64,000 bases of DNA, from assembly GCA_902626385.1 (NCBI GenBank), contig CACOEZ010000001.1, forward strand, positions 145,864-209,863, in the 5' to 3' direction. The notes under the pieces were generated by a model, which saw nothing but the letters and a program-made list of their open reading frames with translations, did not search any database and was not told the origin of the DNA. Positions 7,316 through 16,173 of this stretch are shown piece after piece. Made by a program: the position numbers and the translations under genes. Numbering within the stretch: position 1 is the stretch's first letter; each line of letters starts with the position of its first letter. This DNA is from an uncultured SAR86 cluster bacterium (GTDB lineage: Bacteria > Pseudomonadota > Gammaproteobacteria > Magnimaribacterales > D2472).

Positions 7316-7391
7316 TGGTGCCCAGAGGTGGGATCGAACCACCGACACAAGGATTTTCAGTCCTTTGCTCTACCAACTGAGCTATCTGGGC
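7316..7391 (-). tRNA. tRNA-Phe (anticodon GAA), 76 nt with encoded CCA
   Basis: The reverse complement GCCCAGATAGCTCAGTTGGTAGAGCAAAGGACTGAAAATCCTTGTGTCGGTGGTTCGATCCCACCTCTGGGCACCA folds as a cloverleaf: 7-bp acceptor stem, GCTC/GAGC D stem, AAGGA/TCCTT anticodon stem with loop CTGAAAA, and GGTGG/CCACC T stem. It is very similar to E. coli tRNA-Phe. Confidence 0.97.
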
Positions 7392-7449
7392 TCAAATTGA
7401 ACTTTGGATTATAGGCAAGTTTACAACCGTTGTCATTAAGTCTAATTTT

Positions 7450-10053
7450 TTAAGCACGAACTCTTTCGTTGTTAGGGTCATAAAGGGATCCTTTGCCAAC
7501 AATTTGAACAGTCATAGGATATAGACCATCTCCACCTTCATTAAAGTATTCGATAAGAAGTGACTTTCCTTGAATTGCAATCTCTTTTGGGAGATAGCCC
7601 ATAACAACAAATTTCTTAAGTGATGGACAATAGGACATTCCAGTTGTATAAGATCTTCTTCCTTTACTATCTATGGGTACTTCACCAGTTGCAGGATCAA
7701 TAATTGGTGAAATGCCAACAGGGTATCTTGTATTTCCAGATACATTGAGATCATCTAATGTCATTGTGCACAGAATTGCACATGGATCCTCATCTCTTTG
7801 TGAAAGATGAGCTGCTTTCCCATGGAAATCTGCTTCTTTAACAAGAGGCCTTTGAATAGCTGCTTCAATGGCAGTATATTCTGTTTCGAGATCCGCACCT
7901 TGAAGTCTAAAACTTTTCTCGAGCCTTCTACTATTGGCATATGTTTCAATGCCAACTGGAACTACACCAACCTCAAGCAATGAATCATATAAAGCCAAAC
8001 CATCTTCTTTATTATTATCAAAGTAAATTTCCCATCCACTTTCACCAACGTATGAGATTCTAGCCGCCCAAACATCAACTTTCTTTCCGCCTAATAAATT
8101 GAGTGTTAAATTTTTTGCAGTTACAAATGGGAAACTTTTAATATCAATTTCATTAGGATCGATAAAATTACCTAAGGCATTTACAGCCTTTGGTCCCCAT
8201 AATCCTATAGTTGCAATATCATGAGTTCTTATATTTATATCTGCGTCCAATCCATTATCGTCTCTATAATTTCTTAATGTAACCCAGTCACGATTTCCAT
8301 CAGCACCACCTGTTACAACTCTGTAACTATCAGCACCTAAACGTGAAATAGTAAGATCTGCATGAACTCCACCATCTTCATCTAGGAAGTTCGTATAAAT
8401 AACTTTACCCTCAGGAGTATTGCCACCAACCTTGGCTACTGATAAGTATTCCAGCATGCGTTCAGCATCTCGACCCTTTATATCCATTATTGGAAAGTGA
8501 GATAAATTAATCATGCCAACAGAATCACTCATTGCAAGATGTTCAGCATTAGCAACATCATATGGAACATGTCGGGTATCCCACTCGTTTTCTCGTAAAG
8601 GCACTTCTTTAAGATACTTTTCAAGCTTTTCTCTGTTGCTAATATATGCTAAAGCTCGTTCCCAACCAGCTACTTCGTTCTCAAAGTGTCCACCTAATTC
8701 TTTCTCTCTCTCATAGAATGGACTTACAAACATTTCTCTTTGAGTAATATAAGGTTCTCTAGGATGAACAGCAGGTGTATATATAGTTTGAGAGTTTTCA
8801 AATGCTCTTGTTTTAACAAACTCTTTTTCTTTTTGATGCGGATAGAACCTTGAGATGTCAAAAGAATGCATATCAACCTGAGTTTTACCATGTACCATTG
8901 CCTCAGCACATAGTCTGGCACAACCAGGACCATCTTTTACCCAAACAGCCTCACATAGCCAAAAACCTCTGACTTCAGGACTTTCACCAATCAAAGATCC
9001 TGCATCAGCTGTCACAGAAAGTAGTCCATTAAATGAACTTTTTTCATCCCATCCTAATTCGCTAAGAATCGGCGTAGTTTCAAAAGCTTTTTCTAGTGGC
9101 TCTGCTATTTCTTCTAGTTCTAAATATCTCATTGAATCTGATAACATAGTTTTGTCTGGATTACCTATATCTTCAGGATCGACAAGTCTAGGATTTTTGT
9201 CTTCATAAAAACCCCATTCGAGCATACCGCCATGAAATTTTCCTGTATCTCTAACGTAAGCAGAGTTGCCTTGGTCCCTTAGAAGAGGATACACAAGCAT
9301 CTCTTCAGTATCTTGAATTTTTTCGTATGGTCCAAAAAATAACAATGGATGCTCAACAGGCATTAATGGAACCCCGACACCTGCCATGTCGCCCATTAAA
9401 GGCCCCCAAATTCCTGAGGCAATAACAACTTTATTTGTTTTAATGGTTCCTCTATCAGTTTTCACTGCAACAATTTTCCCATTTTCTGTTTCAAATCCAG
9501 TAGCTGGAGTATTTGTAAATGTTTTTAAAGCGCCTTTGTCTTTTGCTGTTTCAACAGCAAAATTAACAACTTCTTGTGATCGCGGAACTACAAGGCCCGC
9601 ATCTGGATCCCACATAGCACCAATCATAGAATCCTCTTCAAGTAAGGGAAATTTTTCAACTGCTTCAGCTGCAGATATTAATCTTACGTTTGTGCCAAAT
9701 GCTTTTCCTGATGCAACTTTTCGCTTTAATTCTTCCCAGCGCTCATCATCACCTTTCCGGCAGATTTCTAACCCACCTTTTTTTAAAAAAAAGCCGTTAT
9801 CTTCGTAAAATTTTCTACTAAACGAAGTTGTCCAACAACCTAATTTGTCATGTGTAGTGTTATAAACAAAATCGGATGCATGAGCAGTTGATGCGATATC
9901 TGAGGGGATTATTGTTGATTTTTCTAAACCTACAATATTTTTTTGACCAAGTTCAGCCAACCAATAAGCAAGCATTGAGCCTACGATACCACCGACACCT
10001 ACAATTACTACATCTGCTTCTTCAGGAAATTTTGAGTTGGATTTATCTGACAT
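7450..10053 (-). CDS. FAD-dependent oxidoreductase fused to a GcvT-type folate-binding domain (dimethylglycine/sarcosine dehydrogenase family)
   Basis: FAD motif VVIVGVGGIVGSM at the N-terminus. The C-terminal aminomethyltransferase-like region includes YVGESGWEIY. I prefer the ATG at 10053 (MSDKSNS...) to the TTG at 10095 in the track. Confidence 0.85.
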   Translation of the reverse strand: MSDKSNSKFPEEADVVIVGVGGIVGSMLAYWLAELGQKNIVGLEKSTIIPSDIASTAHASDFVYNTTHDKLGCWTTSFSRKFYEDNGFFLKKGGLEICRKGDDERWEELKRKVASGKAFGTNVRLISAAEAVEKFPLLEEDSMIGAMWDPDAGLVVPRSQEVVNFAVETAKDKGALKTFTNTPATGFETENGKIVAVKTDRGTIKTNKVVIASGIWGPLMGDMAGVGVPLMPVEHPLLFFGPYEKIQDTEEMLVYPLLRDQGNSAYVRDTGKFHGGMLEWGFYEDKNPRLVDPEDIGNPDKTMLSDSMRYLELEEIAEPLEKAFETTPILSELGWDEKSSFNGLLSVTADAGSLIGESPEVRGFWLCEAVWVKDGPGCARLCAEAMVHGKTQVDMHSFDISRFYPHQKEKEFVKTRAFENSQTIYTPAVHPREPYITQREMFVSPFYEREKELGGHFENEVAGWERALAYISNREKLEKYLKEVPLRENEWDTRHVPYDVANAEHLAMSDSVGMINLSHFPIMDIKGRDAERMLEYLSVAKVGGNTPEGKVIYTNFLDEDGGVHADLTISRLGADSYRVVTGGADGNRDWVTLRNYRDDNGLDADINIRTHDIATIGLWGPKAVNALGNFIDPNEIDIKSFPFVTAKNLTLNLLGGKKVDVWAARISYVGESGWEIYFDNNKEDGLALYDSLLEVGVVPVGIETYANSRRLEKSFRLQGADLETEYTAIEAAIQRPLVKEADFHGKAAHLSQRDEDPCAILCTMTLDDLNVSGNTRYPVGISPIIDPATGEVPIDSKGRRSYTTGMSYCPSLKKFVVMGYLPKEIAIQGKSLLIEYFNEGGDGLYPMTVQIVGKGSLYDPNNERVRA

Positions 10054-10223
10054 AGTATCGAAATTAAACTCTATTTTTTTTACTTTGTAAATCAAAATAT
10101 TTATGGTTTTTGATAGGCAAAAATTTGATATTAATTTTCTATTTTAAAGAGAATTTTTTAAGAAAAAATTATTAATATTTTGACAATTTAATCTTTAAAA
10201 AAAACTAAAATTTAAGTTTAATT

Positions 10224-10493
10224 TTAGTCAAGAGCTTTGAATCCAGAAGCTTTTTCATAGTCCTCGTTATTAAAAAACTTGTCCATCTGTTCCAAAAGCC
10301 ATTTTCTATTATCTGCATCAGACATATCTAAATGTTTCTCATTAATTAGAGTGGTTTGATGCGACTTCCACATTTCCCAAGCTTCCTCTGAAACAGAATT
10401 CATTATCTCAATTCCTTTGGGCCCCGGCATAGGTGGGATGGAAAGAGCTGGCAGCTCTTTTTCTAACTTTTTACAAAAAATAGTCTTAGACAT
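10224..10493 (-). CDS. yggX: Fe(2+)-trafficking / oxidative-damage protection protein YggX
   Basis: MSKTIFCKKLEKE...EAWEMWKSHQTTLINEKHLDM is collinear with E. coli YggX. It lies immediately downstream of mutY, as in E. coli. Confidence 0.9.
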   Translation of the reverse strand: MSKTIFCKKLEKELPALSIPPMPGPKGIEIMNSVSEEAWEMWKSHQTTLINEKHLDMSDADNRKWLLEQMDKFFNNEDYEKASGFKALD

Positions 10494-11496
10494 GATTATC
10501 TATTATATGCTTTATTGGTTTTGGGAGACCATAATTTTTAATCTCATCACGACATATCCATTGATGCTCACGATTAGTAGAAATTTTAAAAGGCTTTTTG
10601 TATTCAAAAATTTCAATTGTGATCATTAGGTCTAGATGTGACAGAGCGTGATTAAATTTTTGTTGATTTCTTTTTAATGGCTTTTTAAATATTTTGTCAT
10701 TTTTAATTCCCTCATCTTCATACGGAACCCATAAACTCTCCCAAAAACTTTTTGAATTTTTCTTAAACAAAAGAAATTTATTATTTGAATGTGCTAATTT
10801 AAAAAATATCTCTCTTTGGGGTTTTTCTTTTTTAGACTTTCTTATGACTTTAATTTCTTCGAAAGCAGTCTTGCAAGTTTTGCTGACAGGACACTCGATA
10901 CATGTGGGCTTTTTAATGCTGCATACTGTAGCTCCAACATCCATGATACCTTGGGTGTATTCAAATATTTTTTTATTTGGAGTGTAAAGATCTGATAATT
11001 GCCAAAGTTTGTTATCAGATTTTTTTTCTGATACATCTACTTTGTCATGTCTTGATATAACTCTTTTAACGTTTGCATCTAAAATTGGAAAAGATTTTTT
11101 ATATGCAATTGATAAGATAGCTCCGGCTGTTGACTTTCCTATGCCCGGAAGACTTACAAGCTCATCAAATGTAGAGGGAAAATTGTTGTCAAAGTTCTTT
11201 TTAACAATTTCTTTTGCTGCAAAGATATTTTTTGCTCTTCTGTAAAAACCTAACCCTGTCCAAAGTGCAAGAATTTCTTCTTCTGATGCATCTGATATGG
11301 CGTTGAGATCTGGAAATTTTTTCATAAATCTTTCATAGAAAGGTATTACTGTCTTTACCTGAGTTTGTTGAAGCATTATTTCAGATATCCAAACGCTATA
11401 TGGAGTAATATTTTTTCGCCATGGAAGATCTTTGCGACCATGTTTTTCATACCAACTGTAGATAGATGAAGAAAATATGTTTGTAGCTGCCTCCAA
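10486..11496 (-). CDS. mutY: A/G-specific adenine DNA glycosylase
   Basis: LPWRKNITPYSVWISEIMLQQTQVKTV, the HhH-GPD region LPGIGKSTAGAI, and a 4-Cys cluster CSIKKPTCIECPVSKTC. Confidence 0.9.
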   Translation of the reverse strand: MEAATNIFSSSIYSWYEKHGRKDLPWRKNITPYSVWISEIMLQQTQVKTVIPFYERFMKKFPDLNAISDASEEEILALWTGLGFYRRAKNIFAAKEIVKKNFDNNFPSTFDELVSLPGIGKSTAGAILSIAYKKSFPILDANVKRVISRHDKVDVSEKKSDNKLWQLSDLYTPNKKIFEYTQGIMDVGATVCSIKKPTCIECPVSKTCKTAFEEIKVIRKSKKEKPQREIFFKLAHSNNKFLLFKKNSKSFWESLWVPYEDEGIKNDKIFKKPLKRNQQKFNHALSHLDLMITIEIFEYKKPFKISTNREHQWICRDEIKNYGLPKPIKHIIDNHV

Positions 11497-11497
11497 T

Positions 11498-12121
11498 TTA
11501 TTTCATCATATTATTACGAAACAAGATTGCCCCATCTTCAGAAAAAACATAATGTATCGGAGCTCCTGTTGGTATTTCAAGTTTTACAATGTCTTCATCA
11601 GAAACATTATCTAAATGCTTAATAAGTGAGCGAAGTGAATTTCCGTGAGCAGCAATAATTATATTTGCACCATTAAACAGATGTGGCTCAATTTTCTCCA
11701 TGTAATATGGCACGACTCTTTCTCCAGTTTCTTTGAGAGTTTCCCCGCCTGGCGGACCTTTATCATATGATCTTCTCCAAATCTGAACTTTTTCTTCTCC
11801 CCATTTTTGTCTGCATTCATCTTTATTGAGTCCTTGAAGGTCTCCATAAAATCGTTCATTAAGAGCTTTATCTTTCTCGATCGGTATGGTTGTCTGTTTT
11901 AATTCAGAAAGAATAATAGTTCCAGTTAACTGTGCTCTTGTGAGAGCAGATGTATATAAAAAATCGAAATTAATATCTAGATTTTTAATCAATCTTCCAG
12001 CATTTTCAGCTTCTAGTTTTCCTTTATCTGTAAGACCTGGATTCTCCCATCCTGTGAATAGGTTTTTTTCATTCCATTCACTTTGACCATGCCTTACTAG
12101 TATGAGATTTCTTTGTTTCAT
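11498..12121 (-). CDS. gpmA: 2,3-bisphosphoglycerate-dependent phosphoglycerate mutase
   Basis: LILVRHGQSEWNEKNLFTGW and the second catalytic His in AAHGNSLR. Confidence 0.9.
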   Translation of the reverse strand: MKQRNLILVRHGQSEWNEKNLFTGWENPGLTDKGKLEAENAGRLIKNLDINFDFLYTSALTRAQLTGTIILSELKQTTIPIEKDKALNERFYGDLQGLNKDECRQKWGEEKVQIWRRSYDKGPPGGETLKETGERVVPYYMEKIEPHLFNGANIIIAAHGNSLRSLIKHLDNVSDEDIVKLEIPTGAPIHYVFSEDGAILFRNNMMK

Positions 12122-12162
12122 ATTTTTAATAAATATTACTTATTTTAATAGATAATATACAC

Positions 12163-12564
12163 ATGGAACTAATAAATTTTTTAATTGAGCATTACTATCT
12201 TTCGTTACCTTTGCTGGCGACAATTATTTTGTTAATTAATGCAACATCAAAAAAAGGAGGAACAAAAATTTCTCCTCAAAATTTAGTAGCACTTTCAAAC
12301 AATGAAACCGCATTTATTGTTGACCTTAGAGATTCTGAACAGTTTCAAAATGGTCATATTACAGGCTCAATTAATATTCCTTTTTTAAACTTAAGTAATA
12401 GAACAAACGAAATCCCTCAAGATAAGTCAGTAATTCTTGTATGTGAAATGGGTAACGTTTCACCTAATGCAGGAGAGCTTCTCAAGAAGGAGGGTTTTAA
12501 AGAGCTTTTAATTCTCAAGGGTGGAATAAATGAATGGAGAATTCAAAATTTACCTTTAGTTTAA
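12163..12564 (+). CDS. rhodanese-domain protein with an N-terminal TM segment
   Basis: Rhodanese fold pattern DLRDSEQFQNGHITGSINIP and the active-site loop VCEMGNVS. Confidence 0.7.
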   Translation: MELINFLIEHYYLSLPLLATIILLINATSKKGGTKISPQNLVALSNNETAFIVDLRDSEQFQNGHITGSINIPFLNLSNRTNEIPQDKSVILVCEMGNVSPNAGELLKKEGFKELLILKGGINEWRIQNLPLV

Positions 12565-13937
12565 ATACCATGATCTTTCATTTTCTTTGAAAGAGTATTT
12601 CTGCCCCAGCCCAGAATTTGTGCGGCATCATTTTTTTTGCCCTTTGATCTCTCAAGAGCAGTTTTGATTAACATTTTTTCAATCTTTGTAATTGCTATTT
12701 CTGATAACCCTGATTCTATATTCATAGAAACATTGTTTAACCAGTTTTGTAAGCCGTCTTCCCAAGAAGACGCTGGGATGTCTGTAATCTCAAACTCCTT
12801 TACCTCAGTAGGGAGATCTTGTGCTTTTACATGTTGTGTTGGTGACATTAAAGTCAGCCAATAACATACATTCTCAAGTTGTCTTACATTTCCTGGCCAG
12901 TCATATTTTTCAAGTAATTTTTTAGCATCGTCTGAGAGTACTCTTAATTCTTCGTCTAAAGATTCAGAATAATTTTTGAGGAAGAATTTACAAAGATCTT
13001 CAATATCATCTTTTCTTTCTTTCAAAGCAGGAACTTCTATTTTGATAACATTCAATCTATAAAATAGATCTTCTCTAAATTTTTTCTGAGAAACAAGATT
13101 GTTGAGATTTTGATGTGTAGCTGCAATTATTCTTACATCTACTTTTATTGGTTTATCACCTCCAACTCTATAAAACTCTTTATTTGATAAAACTCTTAAA
13201 AGTCTTGTTTGAGATTCAAGAGGCATATCTCCTATTTCATCAAGGAAAAGGGTGCCTCCATTGGCCTGTTCAAATCTTCCGATTCTCTTTTCAACTGCTC
13301 CTGTAAAAGCTCCTCTTTCATGACCAAATAATTCTGACTCAACAAGTTCTTTGGGTATATCAGCCATATTTAATGCTATGAAAGGCATGTCATGTCTAGG
13401 ACTATTCTTATGAAGTGATTTTGCGATAAGTTCCTTGCCTGTGCCTGATTCACCTTGAACCAGGACTGTAGCAATTGTATTAGAGAGCTTACCAATCGCT
13501 CTAAAAACATTTTGCATAGGCAGAGATTCACCAATAATGTCTAGTTTCACGTCTTTCTTAAGACCCTTGGTTAATGGTTTTTCCTCTAGTGCTCTTTTTA
13601 TTATTTTGATTGCCTCTTCAAGATCAAATGGCTTAGGAATATACTCGAATGCACCGCCACCAAAAGATTCAACAGCTGCCTGCATATCTGCAAATGCTGT
13701 CATAATTATTACAGGCAGGTCTTCGTAATTATTATTTACGTGCTTTAGAATGTCGTATCCTAGCATTCCTGGCATTTGTACGTCGGTTATGATGAGATCA
13801 GGCTTTTCAGTCTCTAACTCTTTGATCAGATCTTCACCATTCGAAAAGATTTTTGTCATGAAGCCTTCACTTCCAAGACTCTCTTCAAGAATCAATCTTA
13901 TTGCATCATCGTCATCCGCAATCCAAATTTTATGCAA
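12561..13937 (-). CDS. glnG: sigma54-dependent nitrogen response regulator NtrC
   Basis: Receiver domain (DLIITDVQMPG), AAA+ sigma54-activator core (GESGTGKE, GAFTGA, ESELFGHERGAFTGA) and a C-terminal Fis-type HTH. It lies downstream of ntrB and a glutamine synthetase gene. Confidence 0.9.
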   Translation of the reverse strand: MHKIWIADDDDAIRLILEESLGSEGFMTKIFSNGEDLIKELETEKPDLIITDVQMPGMLGYDILKHVNNNYEDLPVIIMTAFADMQAAVESFGGGAFEYIPKPFDLEEAIKIIKRALEEKPLTKGLKKDVKLDIIGESLPMQNVFRAIGKLSNTIATVLVQGESGTGKELIAKSLHKNSPRHDMPFIALNMADIPKELVESELFGHERGAFTGAVEKRIGRFEQANGGTLFLDEIGDMPLESQTRLLRVLSNKEFYRVGGDKPIKVDVRIIAATHQNLNNLVSQKKFREDLFYRLNVIKIEVPALKERKDDIEDLCKFFLKNYSESLDEELRVLSDDAKKLLEKYDWPGNVRQLENVCYWLTLMSPTQHVKAQDLPTEVKEFEITDIPASSWEDGLQNWLNNVSMNIESGLSEIAITKIEKMLIKTALERSKGKKNDAAQILGWGRNTLSKKMKDHGI

Positions 13938-15021
13938 TTTTTTCTTCTCCTTTAATGTTTTTTAACGGCATATTTACAGAAAAAATTGTTTTCCCATCTA
14001 TTGAGGTAAATGAAATACTCCCACCATGTACTCTTATTATGTCTTGAGCAATTGTTAAGCCAAGTCCAGATCCATTCTCTTTAACTGAGACAGTTGGAAA
14101 GAATATTTGATCGTTCATTTCCTTGGGAATACCACATCCATTATCAATTATTTCTATGCAACATACTGTGGAGTGCAAAACGCCATTAATTGGATGACTG
14201 TATTTAATTCTGGACCTAATTTTTATTTTAGGATTTTTAGTATTTTCAGTTGCTTGCTGAGCATTTTTTACTAAATTTAATATGGCTTGAACAAAAAGAT
14301 TTTCATCACCATTAATCTCAGGAATGCTTGGGTCATAGTCTCTCTTTAACTCGAGATCGTCCTGATTTTCAGCATCTGATAATGCATAAACTTTTTCTAA
14401 TGCAGAGTGAATATTGAAAGATTCTATACTTGGTTTAGACGGAGGAGTTAAAATTTTTGTGACTATTTGGTTAAGCCTTTCGGTTTCGTTAATTATAATT
14501 CTTAGAAATTTTTGAGAATGTGAATCATTAAATTTTTTATTTAGAATTTGCGCACTTCCTTTTATACCAGCTAATGGGTTTTTAACTTCATGAGCTAGAG
14601 TTCTAGCTAAGTTTGCTGCTATTTTTTGTGTCGAAAATGTTTTAGTAGAGTCAATGATCTTATTAAGGTTATCCGTACAAAGTATCTCTAAAATCAATGC
14701 TTCATATTCATTGCTCCAACTGACAGTAAGATCAATTATCCTTTTTGTTTTAGCAGCTGTAGTCAACTCGAATTCTCTTTTAGTTTTAGAACCTTGGCTG
14801 TTCAAAGTTTTCTTAAGAAAACTAACTAAAGACTTCTGTGTTTCTTCAGAAAATTGATCAGTTATGACATTTTCAGCATTTTTATTTAAAACCCACCCTT
14901 TATTGAGAGCAGATTCATTAAGCCACAAAATTTTAAAACTTTTATCAAGTAAAACTATCTCAGAAGAAAGCTGATTTAAAAAACTTAATTTTGACTTATC
15001 TATCATCATGAAAAATGACAC
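13930..15021 (-). CDS. glnL: nitrogen-regulation sensor histidine kinase NtrB
   Basis: H-box LAHEVKNPLAGIKGSAQIL and an HATPase region (NLVKNAQQA, DNGCGIP, GSGLGLTIA). 8-nt overlap with ntrC. Confidence 0.85.
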   Translation of the reverse strand: MSFFMMIDKSKLSFLNQLSSEIVLLDKSFKILWLNESALNKGWVLNKNAENVITDQFSEETQKSLVSFLKKTLNSQGSKTKREFELTTAAKTKRIIDLTVSWSNEYEALILEILCTDNLNKIIDSTKTFSTQKIAANLARTLAHEVKNPLAGIKGSAQILNKKFNDSHSQKFLRIIINETERLNQIVTKILTPPSKPSIESFNIHSALEKVYALSDAENQDDLELKRDYDPSIPEINGDENLFVQAILNLVKNAQQATENTKNPKIKIRSRIKYSHPINGVLHSTVCCIEIIDNGCGIPKEMNDQIFFPTVSVKENGSGLGLTIAQDIIRVHGGSISFTSIDGKTIFSVNMPLKNIKGEEKIA

Positions 15022-15072
15022 CCTGTTTTTTTATTAGTAAACAGAGTGTCATATATATAAACGGACAAAATA

Positions 15073-16041
15073 TTAAGAAAGTGTTCCTACAATATGCTTA
15101 AGAATTCTGTAGGGATCTGCATTTGATGCTGGCCTTCGATCTTCAAGATAACCATTCCAATTATGCTCAACGGTGTAGACAGGTATTCTTATACTTGCGC
15201 CTCTGTCACTTACTCCATATGAAAATTTTTCGATACTTTGTGTTTCATGAAGTCCAGTTAACCTCATATCGTTATCTGAACCATAAGAAGCAATTCCTTC
15301 TTCATGAACTTCACCTAGCTTGTCACACATTCCAGTAAATAGCTCTTCAGAACCAGCTGTTCTCATGGCTTCATTTGAAAAGTTTGCATGCATGCCTGAA
15401 CCATTCCAATCACCTGTTTTTGGTTTAGGATGTATGTTCACTCCAACTCCAAACTCTTCAGCAATTTTATATAAGAGATATCTACTTACCCATAAATCAT
15501 CAGCAGCTTTAATACCTTTTCCAAAGCATTGATATTCCCACTGACCTAAAGCAACCTCTGCATTAGTTCCAGTTATGTCTATACCTAAATCCAAACATGC
15601 AAATAAATGTGCATCTGAAATCTCTCTTCCAACGACATTGCTTGCTCCAACACCACAATAATAATCGCCTTGTGCTCGAGGTTCGCCGTCTTCCCATCCA
15701 AGAGGCTCCCCAGTTTGTGCGTCTGTTAAGAAATATTCTTGTTCAAAACCAAACCACCATTCATCAGTTGTTACTTCAGCTGCTGCTGCTCTGTAATTAG
15801 AGGGATGAACAGTATGATCTGCAGCATGAACTTCTGTCATTACAAGATCATGGCCATTTGGATTATCATATGTTCGAACTGGAATGAGAAGACAATCTGA
15901 GCTGCCTCCTTCTGCTTGTTGAGTGGATGAACCATCGAAAGACCATTCAGGTGGTGTCTCATCTTTTGTTGCTTTTACTTTGCTCCTCATTGAAGACTCG
16001 GGTTTGTAACCATCGAGCCAAATATATTCATATGTTTTCAT
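15073..16041 (-). CDS. glnII: glutamine synthetase type II (eukaryote-like GSII)
   Basis: GSII signatures EYIWLDG, FDGSSTQQAEGGSSDC, NAEVALGQWEYQ, HPKPKTGDWNGSGMHANFS, DRGASIRIP and EDRRPASNADPY. At 322 aa it is far shorter than GSI (~470 aa). Confidence 0.9.
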   Translation of the reverse strand: MKTYEYIWLDGYKPESSMRSKVKATKDETPPEWSFDGSSTQQAEGGSSDCLLIPVRTYDNPNGHDLVMTEVHAADHTVHPSNYRAAAAEVTTDEWWFGFEQEYFLTDAQTGEPLGWEDGEPRAQGDYYCGVGASNVVGREISDAHLFACLDLGIDITGTNAEVALGQWEYQCFGKGIKAADDLWVSRYLLYKIAEEFGVGVNIHPKPKTGDWNGSGMHANFSNEAMRTAGSEELFTGMCDKLGEVHEEGIASYGSDNDMRLTGLHETQSIEKFSYGVSDRGASIRIPVYTVEHNWNGYLEDRRPASNADPYRILKHIVGTLS

Positions 16042-16067
16042 AAAATCTCCTAAATACTGTTATACAA

Positions 16068-16082
16068 GCAATTTATGTGCCA
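16068..16082 (-). promoter_or_regulatory. sigma54 (-24/-12) promoter of glnII
   Basis: The minus strand reads TTGGCACATAAATTGCTTG, i.e. TGGCAC-N5-TTGC, matching the consensus TGGCAC-N5-TTGCW. It lies ~27 nt upstream of the glnII ATG, and the AGGAG Shine-Dalgarno (plus-strand ctcct) is at 16047-16051. Confidence 0.75.
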
Positions 16083-16121
16083 ATAATATTAAGCATATTT
16101 GCACAAATATTGTAATAATTA

Positions 16122-16138
16122 TGCATTATTTAAGTGCA
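16122..16138. promoter_or_regulatory. candidate NtrC enhancer site
   Basis: TGCATTATTTAAGTGCA is a 17-mer with TGCA...TGCA dyad ends like the NtrC consensus TGCACC-N5-GGTGCA. It lies ~40 bp upstream of the -24 element. A further TGCAC half-site is at 16100-16104. Confidence 0.45.
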
Positions 16139-16173
16139 AAATAAAATATTTTGCTCTAATTTAATACATTTAT

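Larger units (their letters stand above)
1185..7366. mobile_element. tRNA-Phe-associated genomic island (~6.1 kb), integrase-less, carrying a methyltransferase/nuclease-helicase module
   Basis: Bounded by perfect 51-bp direct repeats of the tRNA-Phe 3' half (1185-1235 and 7316-7366). All cargo genes are accessory-type (2 DNA MTases, a nuclease-helicase, hypotheticals). Flanking genes are core metabolism. Confidence 0.75.

Noticed and set aside
9386-9808. 140-aa ORF antisense to the DMGDH/SARDH-family gene
   Set aside because: It is embedded in a well-supported 868-aa gene, has no recognisable motif, and is probably a frame artefact.
10054-10095. TTG-initiated 14-codon extension of the DMGDH-family ORF
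   Set aside because: The ATG at 10053 places the FAD GxGxxG motif at the usual distance from the N-terminus.
10183-10215. Plus-strand TTGACA ... TAAAAT promoter-like pair downstream of yggX
   Set aside because: The spacing is ~20 nt, which is too long. There is also no plus-strand gene downstream, because both neighbours are on the minus strand.
15073-16041. Elevated GC content of glnII as evidence of recent horizontal transfer
   Set aside because: Other conserved Gly/Ala-rich genes in the window (hppA, the DMGDH-family gene) are similarly GC-enriched, so composition alone is not evidence. It is kept only as a caveat within the GSII finding.
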